Made by a program: the position numbers and the translations under genes
Shown here: piece by piece, positions 12,475 to 23,739 of the stretch
How the letters are laid out: every line of letters starts with the position of its first letter
Numbering within the stretch: position 1 is the first letter of the stretch
NCBI RefSeq assembly: GCF_030684315.1
Contig: NC_081396.1
Coordinates: forward strand, 5,704,001 to 5,768,000
Reading direction: 5' to 3'
Source: Stegostoma tigrinum
Taxonomy: Eukaryota
DNA: 64,000 bases
Notes under the pieces: model-generated
Told to the model about the DNA's origin: nothing
The model's input: the letters and a program-made list of their open reading frames with translations, nothing else
Databases searched by the model: none

Positions 12475-15400
12475 CTGTGAGAGATCAAGAGAGAGGAATG
12501 TTACTGAAATGACTCTGAACATTAGCTACAATCTAATTTGGTGCATAAACACGGCTGGTTAGACTTTATTTGTTGTGAGTCACGAACAGACCCAATTAAC
12601 AGCTATTCATGCTCCAAGCCAAATCTCGATCACTCTCTTTGTCTATCCCACTGCTCTTCTCTCTCTTTGGGCACTATCCTTTATCCTATCGTTTACTCCC
12701 TATCCGATTCACTCTCCTTACCTTCTGTATATAAACTGACGTTTTCCTCGCCACCATCAGTTCTGAGGAAGGGTCACGGACCTGAAGCGTTAACTCTGTT
12801 TTTTTCATCACAGACGTTGCCAGACCTATTAAGCTTTTCAGCAACTTCTGTCTTTGTTACGACTGTTTAATCATTATCCATAACCACCCGCTGACTAGTG
12901 CACAAGTATCAGTAATTGTTTGAGTTCCAACATTTGAGAAATACGGCTGGCTATTAATACTAAACTGAGGGAAAACATTTGACCATCTCATCAAGTGCCG
13001 TCGACAAAGTGCATTGACCTGCATGTTTGATCTTTTGCTCCACCAGTAACACCCACTTATTTGGGGTCTATTTTTAACTGTGTGTAGTAACGCAGAATTT
13101 TATAACGTTGTTGTTTTAACAAATACAGTAAACATCAATGGTTCATAAGTGTTTACTTGTAGCTAGAATCGCTTGATGTGTCATAGTCATTCTTATTGCG
13201 GAGAATTTTGATAGAGTACTGTGGACTGGGAGACGGGAAGTTGGAATTTGGTGCTTGTAAAATATCGTGCGATTTTTTTTCTCTGCCTAGAAATTTAAAA
13301 TGGATGTCTCTGAGAGCTACATGAAAGTTTGCAAGCACACAGAGAGCACCTGAATTGAAACATTTCTCTCAAAAGGCCGTACAGTTAGCAGGTGAAGCCG
13401 CAGGGTTTTATTTTTAACCCAGACATCAGGCTTTTGAATTTAGCCATCGATTTTGAACCAGGTACTTAGATACAAAAAACCTAATAAATTTAAGCCTCAT
13501 GGTTTTGACAACATAAGATCAATCCTATTGTAAGAAATATTCCTTTTTTCTCATCAGTATAAAAATAAATATGCACATGGACAAAGACTCCAGAGCTAGC
13601 TGCTATTCGCCTGAGCTAACAGCCCTCATCTGTCAAGAGGGAATCATTGGCTATCATGGTCTCCGCTATGGCTTAGTAAAAGCAACATTTCAATGTACCA
13701 ACGGCACAACTCGTTCATATTCCTGACAGAAGAATCAACGGAGAAGGCATTCCTGACAAAAGAATCGATGGAGAAGGGATAGAACATTGCAGAAGAAAAG
13801 CAACCTGGCTGTAATTTCGACATGAACACAACAGGCTAAGCAGCATGCGAGGAGCAGGAAGACTGGGCCAAGACTGAGAGATTTCGAGAGACTAAATTCG
13901 AGTGTTTTATTATGTAAGTGGAGCATGTATTTATGAGAACAGTGTACCTCTAAAATCTTGCTTTCTTCAATAATTGTTAGTAGTTAGAAAGATTTTATTC
14001 GGTTTGTTGACAGTTTAATTAACTTGTTCCCTGTTAAATTTAGATAAGTAAATTGCTATTCTTGGTTTTAGTGTGCATATAAGGATTTATTTTGTTTAAC
14101 CACTAGAAGATGCTGAAAGGTAGATTACAACACTTTTCAAACTCTTTTGCGTATTACAGGGCGAGTTGCTCCTCTTTGTTTATTACAGTTTTAGTCCTCC
14201 GAGGAGTCAACCTCTGCTTTATATCATTATACAGTACAGAAATCAATAAAGTCAACCAAGTTGTGGAAATGTGCATAAATTCATAACATCATTGACCTTT
14301 TGTGTTGTTAAGGGAATAGTAGCATGTACCTTTCAATGTGCTACCTTCGTGAGGCTTAATACTACCGAGTGCCTGATCTCTGATAAGCCTTCATACAATG
14401 GAAGTCTCTCCTTAATTCATGGGGACATTCTTTATACCCTTCTAACTTGTTAACCCCAAGGTTTTCGATCAAATAGCTTCCTGTGTAATTCGATATTAAA
14501 TTTGTTTGTTGAAGTGTGATGAGGTCCCTCGATTCAATTATTTGAGGCACAAAAAATCGCTAATTCCTGAATTCGAAGCTATAAATTAGGCATACATGAT
14601 CGCAAAATGTGGAGCTGGATGAACACAGCAGACCTAGCAGCGTCTTCGAAGCACAAAAGCTGATGTTTCTGGCCTAGACCCTTCATCTAACTTTGTTATC
14701 TCGGATTCTCCAGCATCTGCAGTTCCCATTATCACTGATACAATTAGGCATGCATGTTGACTTCACGACCAACAATTACCTCTCGTGAATGAATTCAAAC
14801 ATGATTATTCAAAATATCATTTAAGTGATTAGTGCAAAGTAGCACAAGACAAATTACAAAGTAGATTGAAATCATTGCAACATATTTCACACTTTCAAAT
14901 CTCTCCAACATTTATTCCTAATTATGCTTCAATATTGTGCGCTGGCAAATGGGAATGCACAACAGAGTAACTATTACGTATTTCCAGAGGTGGCACCGCA
15001 GATTTGAGCAATTAATGGATGAATCCTTATATTGCCATGCATCTAAGACTGTTCTTGCGTGCTATTATTTCTTTTTAGATACGGAAATAAGATTAGTTTC
15101 TCACATTTGAGCTGCATCCACACTGTCGGGCCCTGTAAAATGTATGTTTTGATCATATCACCGATCATTTTCCGAAATTTGAATGAAAACCAAACCTACT
15201 CTCACCCTTCAAAACAATTCTGTTGTCCGAGGAATTATTATGTTGAAATCCATTGTATTCCCGCTATGATATCTTCATTCCTCCTCAGATAAGGAGGCCA
15301 ATAATGTTCGCAACCCTCCTGTTTAGGCCAGAACAAGGCTATATGCAACTTATGCAACAAATCTTTACTCCTATGGAAGGAAGGCCAACGTTAAATTTGT

Positions 15401-18400
15401 CTTTCTAATTACTTCGTGAATCTGGAACCTCACTTTTAGTAATTGATGAATCAATAAAGGGCACAAAGTTACTCTGGGTTGCTCACACTGCTCAACCTCT
15501 CACTTCACAAGAAAAATTGTGTCTTTCTTTCTCATGTTAAAATAAATGATTTTGTACATCTTGTCCCTTCCACAGGCCAGTCGGATCAAATATACCAGTC
15601 TTCACTTCATTTGATTAGCTCGACGTGACTTCAAAACAAATTTGAGAAATTAGGTACGGCAAACGCAATGGCTCCGAACAAGATTCTGGCAATAGCACTG
15701 AAAACTTCTGCTTCAGAATGTTCTGCGCCCTTCGCCAGGTTGTTGAAGTACAGCTACGACATTGGCATCTGGCTAACCACACAGAAATATTATCCAGGTA
15801 CAACGTTTGCAAAAATGGTTGACAAAAGCCTCACAACCGATTACTGCTCTGTCAATCTAGCCTCGAACATGGGTTAAGCAAGTGAGGGTGTCGTCAACAG
15901 TGATATCAAGTAGCAGTTGCCCAACGATAATCTGTTCACTGCTGTGAAGTTTGATATCATGTCAGGGCACTCAGTTGTTAATCTCATTCCAGCTTTTCAG
16001 CAAATGTGATCTTAAGAGCTGAATTCTATGGATGAAATCTATAATCGACCTTCAATAGTACCTGCATGGATTATCAAAACATGAACTGCAAAAATTCACC
16101 AAGACTCCCTTGACAAAATCTTCTAAACTTCTGACAACCTCTATCTGGAACAATAACGATCAAACGTGAATATGCAAACCACCACATGCAAGCTCCCCAC
16201 CAAAACTCTCATCATGCATACTGAGTACTATACGTCCATTCCTTTCATGTTGCTGGGGAAATCTCCTGATCTACCTCCATTAGTGAGTTTATCTAAACCA
16301 CGTGGACCGTATGGGTTGAAGACTGAAGCTCATCACTGCCATATCCAGGGCAACCACGCATACGAAATAAATACATGTCCAGCCAATGATGCCTATTTCC
16401 CGTAAATGGATTTTTAAATGTTTTTCTCTTTTATTCACGGGTAATTAGATGTACACTTGCGATGTCAAATCGTACACCTCTCGACGAACAGTTGGAAGAT
16501 TGGATCGGAATAAGTCAGTGCTTGTATTCGGCCATTGCAGACTTGATATGTGGAAAGGCTTTTGTTTAATTTGAGAGAGATCTGTGTGGCTGTTTTCCAT
16601 TTGCTATGTACAGCCTATTATTTAGCCTGTCGAAGTTCATTTAGAAATCCTGGCATCCTCTCCACAACTGACATTTTTGCAATAGGGCCATAATCATCCA
16701 CCAAACCTGATTCCACGTCATGATCCTTCGACCTGAGGCCCACTGATCTCGTCCCACACTAAAAGTGTCACTTTGTTTTCATTTTAGCTATATCTCCTGT
16801 ATATTCAATAACCTTGGATATTCAGTCCTAGGTGCTGGTCACCCTTAGCAACTTCACCGAATTGACAATCAATCATGTCCACTCACCAGAATGTACACCT
16901 TCAAAACATCAATTCTTTTTCAAATGCTACGTGCAAACAGATATATTGCATTGAATTTTATTTGGCCATTATTCTGCGTTCTGATCCTTTTTGATATTTG
17001 TTTCTCTTTTATTTATCATTCATTCTTCTTTGTTTTCATCTACTGCAGTCAACTCTGAGCTTAGGTTTAAGTCCTCATTCCCCAATCTACTTTGAACCTT
17101 CCCCATCAGCACGAATGATTACTCCTGCGAGGATATTTACCCGTCTCCTGTTAGAGTACGTCAAGAACATTGTGTAAAAGTTACACCTGCGTTGAACCAG
17201 TTACAATTGCCCAGGACACTTGCTGTACTCACCAGCTTTCCAGACATACGTTCAATCGCTGTGTCCCATTTCTATGCTGAACAGCAATTTGGATCGGGAA
17301 TAATACTGACATTGCTACTTTTGAGTTACTTCTTATCAATCTTGATCCTAGTTTCTGCAATACTGATGTCAGGATGCCGTCTTCATTCTGCCTGAGACGT
17401 TTGTAACTGCGTGATCAAACTTCTGGATGTTCACAATCCTCCAGGAGAATGCCCTGCTGTCATGCTGTACCGTAATCCTGGCACCAAGGAGACAACATGC
17501 TAGCAACATATCATATATGACCACAGCAAGAACTGCCTGTTCTCCAAACACTCGAATCCCCCATCATTTATTTCTTCCTCTTCCCCTTCTAACCTTGCTA
17601 TCCAGTTTAACAATACGCAATGACATTGGCTGAACTCATATGAGGATCCAACGCCTTTGCCAGTATCGAGGATGAAAATTTGCTGAACAGGTGGGAATTC
17701 AGGAGCTTGTGCATTACTGCCTTGGACTGAATGAGGATATTTATTTCCCTTTTTGCTTCCATGTTTCTAACCTGTGAGGCATGTCCCTTGCCAAACAGAC
17801 TCTTCAAAGTGGATTGAGACCCACATATGCGCCATTGTTACTCTCAACTCTAAAATCCCAAGTCGAGAGTCTGCAGCTTGTAACACTCCTTAATTGTATT
17901 TATCTAAACCCTAGACGTGACTATATCTTCCTATATATTATATGCCAGATGGTCCAAGTGCTGCTGAGCCGCCTTGCAAAACCATACTAATACTTCACTT
18001 TATTCTACTTTGGTTTAATTACATCAACAATTTTAGGTGGCCTTAACTTCATACACCTTGCAAATAGTGATAAATCTTTCTATTCGCACTGATAAATCAT
18101 CTCAATAATTACCACACTTTACTAAGTCCAATAAACCTGACTTAAATAATTTCTTTCACTTCTGAATCAAATTTCCACATAAATATAATTCATTACTCAA
18201 CTAGCACAGGCCTTCTTCAGGTGTGTCTGAGTGCCCTTAATTACCAAACAAAAACAAAGTTGCTGGAAAAGCTCAGCAGGTCTGGCAACATCTGTGGAGA
18301 AGAAAACAGAGTTAATGTTTCGCGTCCGGTGACCCTTCCTCAGAACTGATGGTGGCTGGGAAAACTTCAGTTCATATGCAGGAAATAGGGACGTGGGAGG

Positions 18401-19270
18401 GGTAGGGAGTAAACGATAGGATAGAGCTCAAAGAGAGAGAAAGACAGTCGGAAAGACAAAGGAGTTGCTAGCGATCCGGTTGGGAGGGTGAATAGTTGTA
18501 ATTGGGGACTGTTCGTGACTAACAACAGGGGTTGTGTAATGGCAGGCTATGTGGTAACAAGGCCTGGTGTGTGTGGTGGGGGGCTGGGACATGGGGTAGT
18601 TTAGGCCCTAAAACTATTGAACTCATTATTTTGTCCAGAGGGCGACAGGGCCCACAAGCAGAAAATGAGGCGTTGTTCCTTCAGCTTCATTGAACCACTG
18701 TAGCAAGCCGGAGACAGAGATATTGGCCAGGGAGCAAGGTGGTGCAATGAAGTGGCAGGCAACAGATAGTTCAGGGTCTTTTTTGTCTTTTCCGCTTAAT
18801 TACCGGGTGTTTTGGAAATTTCTGATTGACAGCGTCTGATGAGTCATTAACTGTTTTAGCTCCCTGCTGCAAGAACCAGCAACAACTAGATCAGCTATTT
18901 TTAGCTGATTGACAGATGTCTTTAATCCTCAGGTCATTCCCTCTTTGTAAAAATCTATTTGACTTATTTGTTGACTGCTAGTTCTTTATCCAAAGAGTAA
19001 CCCATTTCTATATTTACACCTGAAAACACCAGCCCCAGCTTGTTGGATGGACCTAATCAGCTCCCCATCCAGTTTTTACTTCACTTACATGGTTCTTCTA
19101 TCTCTGCGTCCCTCACTATGAAACAAATCAGTTTTATCCTGAAAGATAAGAGGAAATAATCCAGAGGCAAATAAAGATGTATCCAAGAGTTATGACTTAC
19201 CAGGAGCACCAATAACTGCAAGAATGGGATAGCAAATTGCAAAGAAGAGACCATTAGCTGCTCCATGCAT
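11573..19270 (-). CDS. GPR139/GPR142-like class A GPCR, 323 aa, two exons: join(19201..19270, 11573..12474)
   Basis: Exon 1 MHGAANGLFFAICYPILAVIGAP ends at a phase-1 GTAAGT donor; acceptor TCACAG precedes 12474. The ORF has seven hydrophobic segments, TM3 SVWLTVAFTIDRFVAIC, an ECL2 WFC and TM7 NNVFIY. Motifs and the PA|N intron position match GPR139 as recalled. Confidence 0.9.
12615..12862 (+). mobile_element. Penelope-like element 3' terminal fragment (in GPCR intron)
   Basis: CTGAGGA-AGGGTCACGGACCT-GAAGC-GTTAACTCTG terminal motif; same family as 18246-18795. Confidence 0.65.
14599..14741. mobile_element. Penelope-like terminal fragment with ~15-bp TSD
   Basis: AATTAGGCAT(A/G)CATG flanks both sides; internal sequence matches 3747-3972. 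Confidence 0.65.
18246..18795 (-). mobile_element. Penelope-like element 3' end with GIY-YIG C-terminal remnant
   Basis: Minus-strand translation DPELSVACHF...ISVSGLLQ / KLKEQRLIFCL...NNEFNSFRA* followed by the terminal repeat with CTGAGGA...GAAAC; CTTAATTACC is duplicated on both flanks. Confidence 0.75.
19201..19270 (-). CDS. Exon 1 of GPCR copy 1
   Basis: ATG at 19270; 70 nt; GT donor at 19200. Same length as and clearly homologous to exon 1 at 54443-54512. Confidence 0.88.
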
Positions 19271-20317
19271 TTCCTTTCACGAACGACGAAGATGTTCTGA
19301 AGCTGCAGACTTTAGCTCTGGGGCACAAACTTCCCGTGAATTATACCAGGCGAGAGTCTCCAGGGGAACGAAGTCACAATCTACACATTAGTTACAGTTC
19401 GGTGAGCAAAATGAATAATGTATGATTTCATGCATTATCTTTGTAGCCTTGGCAAGATTGATGACGCCATCATACAGTCAGCAAATTTCTGGCTGCAAAT
19501 TATATCGATGTCATGCCGCAAAGCATGCTCTTACACCTCCATTAAGTGGAACCATGGATGGTAGAAAGTAAGCCGAGGTCATCTCAATGGCCTAAAAACA
19601 TATTTTCTCATTTCAATCAGATTCCCAATTGTGTTGAGCAATTAGGAATTTTATTCGCCTTGTATTTCATTAATTGGTGAACCTGACAGCACAGTGGTAG
19701 TGCCCCTTCCCCCGGCCAAGAGCCTGGGTTCAAAACTTAGCTGCTGTCGAAGTGCGTAACTACATCTCTAAATGGTGTGATTAAAAAAAGTTAACTTCTT
19801 TTAAATGGAATTATTGCATCAACTGCACGAGCAAAGGAAGCAATGTAAGCGCAATGGAAACAGCTATAGTTTCTCGTGCAGTAATAACTGAAACAGCGCT
19901 GACTGTGAGAACGAAGCCAGGCATCATTAAATTAGAAATAGAGTCACGTTCTCCTGCTGGAATAGATAAGAGCCATTCAGTTGAATAAACCCAGACATGG
20001 TTAAGAATAGAATCATTATATACATTTCAACAAGAGGGAGATGAAATCACTCAGTTGTATAGATGACTTGAATATGAGGCAGAATGATGCCAAATGTGCA
20101 TGTTCAAACGTCGTACCAGTTTAGGTTGTCCTGTCTCTTTATATTGACAGACGATTGTGAAGTGATTGCAATGGGTCTAAAGTACATTGTATCTCTATAA
20201 TCGCAGATAACTATATTTCTAAGTGGATGAAGACTCCTTACATTCAAAAGGAATGGTCCAAATAACATGGAGTCGCTCATTGAGAATAGATGCTTGTGTT
20301 TGTTCACTTCTTTACTC

Positions 20318-21395
20318 CTTTATCATATTCTTTCTACATTTTCCCATCCATTCAAACTTATCTCACTTCCTTCCTTTGTCACTCTCTCCCTTCTTACCTT
20401 TCTTTTCCTTCTCGTACCTTCCGTTGCTATCAAACCCAGTCTCCATTTCACAACACCCTGCAACGTAACATGCTCCTTAAGAAGACCTACCACCCAGTCG
20501 AAGGGTTTGAACTGCTTCTTCTGAAAGGAGGTGTGTTGTTGGTTGTAGATTTTGTGTTTTCCCTCCACTCTCCTGTTGATAAACCTCAGATTATTTAATT
20601 TTGTGACAACATCAACTCCAGTTTCTGTATCAGAATTCTATTTTTATGATTATCTTTATTTTAATTTAAAAATAATTAATTTTTAAAAGAAATAAAATGC
20701 TAGTGAAACTCAGCAGCTGTGGCCACGTCTGTGGAGACAAAGTCGAGTGCAGTGACCCTACGCCAAGATTCTTCAATAAATTCTTAGTTTCTTTACGCTG
20801 CTGACTCATTTAGTATGTTTATTTTAACTTATTTTTCAGGAAGGCAGAATCTGCATTTTTGGTCACAGATTCGGTTTTTAATTCATTTGTATGTCTGATG
20901 ATCTCTGGTCGTCAGATCTGCTTTTACACAAGTGAGCATGACTAATGCTGCACCTCATGGTACATTCCAGTATATTTATTTTGTCGACATTGACAAACAT
21001 GCTTTTCAGCCCCTGTTAAGTTGTATTTGTTCAATTTATTTCACCTAGGTGAGGAAATAAATCGAGGAAAGAATTCACCCTAGTTCAAAATACAATTTGT
21101 AAAGAAATGTGAACAGTATTTCCTCCTTAGGTACCACTTAGAAGTCCTCCCCAGTCAAACCAGATGCTGAGCAGCTGCACTGCATTGTCCACTATTCAAA
21201 AAGAGACTCAGATATTTGAAGATACCCATTATAAAACACAGACATCAATAAACTACTGTCCTCTGCCTGATGTTTCCATCACATGTCAGTCGGAATTTTG
21301 TTCGGTAGTGAGGCGGAGAGTTGACTCTCGCTGAATTGACCCAAGCTGACCTGGTCACAATCATTAAGCCGGCTCACTGTGCATTTTGACACACT
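20318..21395. repeat. Segmental duplication block X, copy 1 (paralog 43250-44392)
   Basis: Colinear same-strand similarity, e.g. CCCAGTCTCCATTTCACAAC...TAACATGCTCCT.AAGAAGAC and GATGCTGAG.AGCTGCACTGCAT in both copies. Confidence 0.85.
20873..21240 (-). pseudogene. Highly degenerate V-segment relic with decayed RSS
   Basis: Broken frame TMQCSCSASGLTGEDF*/KWY (Cys-Trp spacing ~14) ... MLTCVKADLT, then ACCAGAG-21nt-TTAAAAACC; supported by the paralog at 43836-44225. Confidence 0.45.
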
Positions 21396-21409
21396 GAACG
21401 AAAGAACAA

Positions 21410-21780
21410 AACAGAACAGAAGCGAAGTACAGCATAGGAACAGGCCCTTCAAGCCTCCAAGCCCGTGCTGATCATTATGCCCTGAATAAACTGAAAAAAA
21501 TATCCTTCTAGCCTTATTCAGTCCACATCTCTCTATCCCTCCCTATCCAACTAATTATCCAGGAGCCTCTTAAATGTCACCAAAGTGCCTGCTTCCACCA
21601 CCTCCTCCGGCAGTTCAATCCAAGTTCCTGCCACTTCCTGCATGAAAACCTTTCCTCCCACATCTCCCTTAAACTTTTGCCCTCTCACCTTGCACCTGTT
21701 CCCCCTTATAATTGAAGCCTCAACCCTGAGAAAAAGCCTCTGACTATCCACTCTTTCTGATCCTCTGACAATTTTGCAGT
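21410..21780 (-). mobile_element. CR1 LINE 3' fragment
   Basis: ORF 21551-21850 RVDSQRLF...RGNRCKVRG...FKRLLD matches the CR1 ORF2 C-terminus seen at 34260-34470. Confidence 0.8.
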
Positions 21781-22291
21781 CGTCTACATTTTTACAAAAG
21801 TTTTCATTTTTAACCAAGGCTGCATGATCCTGGAATACTAAATCTATCACTCACCATTCTGGGGCAACAATAATGAAGGGGCAGGGACTGTACTCAATAG
21901 CTCGCAATGTGTTTGTCAATGTTCGAGTTGCACGAGGGTTTTATTGTTAGAATCACATCTCAGGTTATTGTCTCACAGACTGAGCGCTGCAATTCTCTGC
22001 GTCACTGGAGGATTCTATTTAAGCTGAACTGGTTGTTGCATTTTCGACATCATATCGTCTGTGAAACATTGAAACACTTTGGGTCATGTCAAAAAAACAC
22101 GCAATAATTTATTTGTTTTTCATTCAATGAACTGACTACATTTGTTTATTTTAATAGCAGATTATAAATGATTAAAGTTTTGTGTTCGAACAAGAGGCAT
22201 GAGATATCACCGTGAATTCGGCAACCACTTCATATCTGGCCCTGGTCTCACTGTTTCATAATTGTACGGTCATGTTCAGTGGCTCTCTGTC

Positions 22292-22330
22292 AGTTTTTCT
22301 GCGGAGTCAATCCAGTTTAGAGTCTCTGTG
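22292..22330 (-). other. 23-RSS of V pseudogene
   Basis: CACAGAG + 23 nt + AGAAAAACT. Confidence 0.85.
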
Positions 22331-22622
22331 GGGCTCACGACAGTGTCTGTCAGCTCTGTTTTCGATACTTTCAAGTGAATAGTGCGGTTCACATGATCAA
22401 ACTTGGAGGAAAACAGGTGTCCTGGAATTCCCTCTGAGTCCCTGATATATTGGTTTCTCTTCAGCAGATACTCTATGCATCCGCGGGAATGCTGACGGTA
22501 CCAGAACAGATAATCATCACTGCTTAATGCAGCTGCATGATTACAGAATGACAGGCCATCTTCCCCTTCATTCACTGCAGTTGTGGCCGGTGTTTGTGAG
22601 ACAGAATCTGCACGACAAAGTC
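22331..22622 (-). pseudogene. TCR alpha/delta V pseudogene (lacks second Cys; leader exon not found)
   Basis: After an AG acceptor: GLCRADSVSQTPA...FCNH...LFWYRQH...KTELTDTVVSP. Paralog of 61795-62098 with an in-frame 15-nt deletion removing YFCAL. Intron homology stops at 23129, where a Penelope fragment replaces the leader. Confidence 0.88.
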
Positions 22623-23129
22623 CTGTGAGAACCAGGAGTGACACTAAAGTTAAAAAGAAATTTCATTCATTCTTACCGCCTAGAATCAGCCCATTCACCT
22701 TGAACAATAACCAAACAAATAACGCAGGGAAGCTAAACAGGAATCCATTTCATACAACTCAGAGACAGGGACCCGGAAGAGCTTAAACAGATGAAATGAA
22801 ACGTCCTCTCATACAGAGGCTGCACCTTCGAACGAGGTGGTTTCCCATTTCATCTCCCGACTTTAAAGGAAAACTGGAAACAGTCGATGATTTTAAAAGC
22901 CTGGCCCTTGTCATATCATCTCAATGGCTTCACTCCTGTCTCGATATCCAGCCGAACTCTTACATTTTCATTCACTCAGGAACATTCGCTAATTTCTCCA
23001 TGACAGTGCTTCGTGTTGGGACAAGGTTAGATCCAGATGGCTTTCTTCTGGGGACGGTGTGTTCCTGCTTCGGGGTCGCCAGTACTGTTCGAGTAAATAT
23101 GATTCCAGGCAAAGAGCTGAAGCATAGAA

Positions 23130-23260
23130 TGTTCTGAAGAAGGGCACGGACCCGAAACATCAGCTTCCCCGCTCCTCTGATGCTGCCTGGCCGGCTGTGT
23201 TCATCCAGCTCCACACCTTGTTATCTCAGACTCCAGAATCGGCAATTGTTACTATCTCTG
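23130..23260 (+). mobile_element. Penelope-like terminal fragment
   Basis: CTGAAGA-AGGGCACGGACCC-GAAAC-ATCAGC and the shared terminal sequence. Confidence 0.65.
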
Positions 23261-23739
23261 CCTTTATTTTGGAACAACTCTAGTCTTACTCTATTGATAC
23301 TAAAATACAGATACATTTCATTGACTCTAAGCAAGCAAACATTCACTGGTACAATCCATTTGGATCCAATCTTTTCTCCTGCCACTGAACGCCTCTGTCT
23401 TCCTTCGTCAAAGCTGCAACAATGAGACAACACAGTTTTCTCTTGCCCTGCCACATGTAGCTTTTTCAAATTGAATGACTGCAGAAATAAGCTCCAACTG
23501 AACAGTCTGGAAATTTTATCCCTCAATATCCCAGAAACACTAATGGGTTGTGACTAAGATATACAATTGTCTCAGACACATTTGAGTTGATATAAATGTT
23601 GGAATGTTGCAACGTCAACACCAAGCTTAAAGTCTCCTCATCAATCATGGTATATTTCTTTGATGATTAACCAATTTTCCAGAAAAGTCCGTCTTTCTAA
23701 CTTCTCTTCATTGCAGGTGTACAGCACCAACACCCACAT

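Noticed and set aside
20323-20610. Open frame in the left part of block X (ETGVDVVT...FDWV)
   Set aside because: The frame is broken in the paralog and there is no polypyrimidine acceptor.
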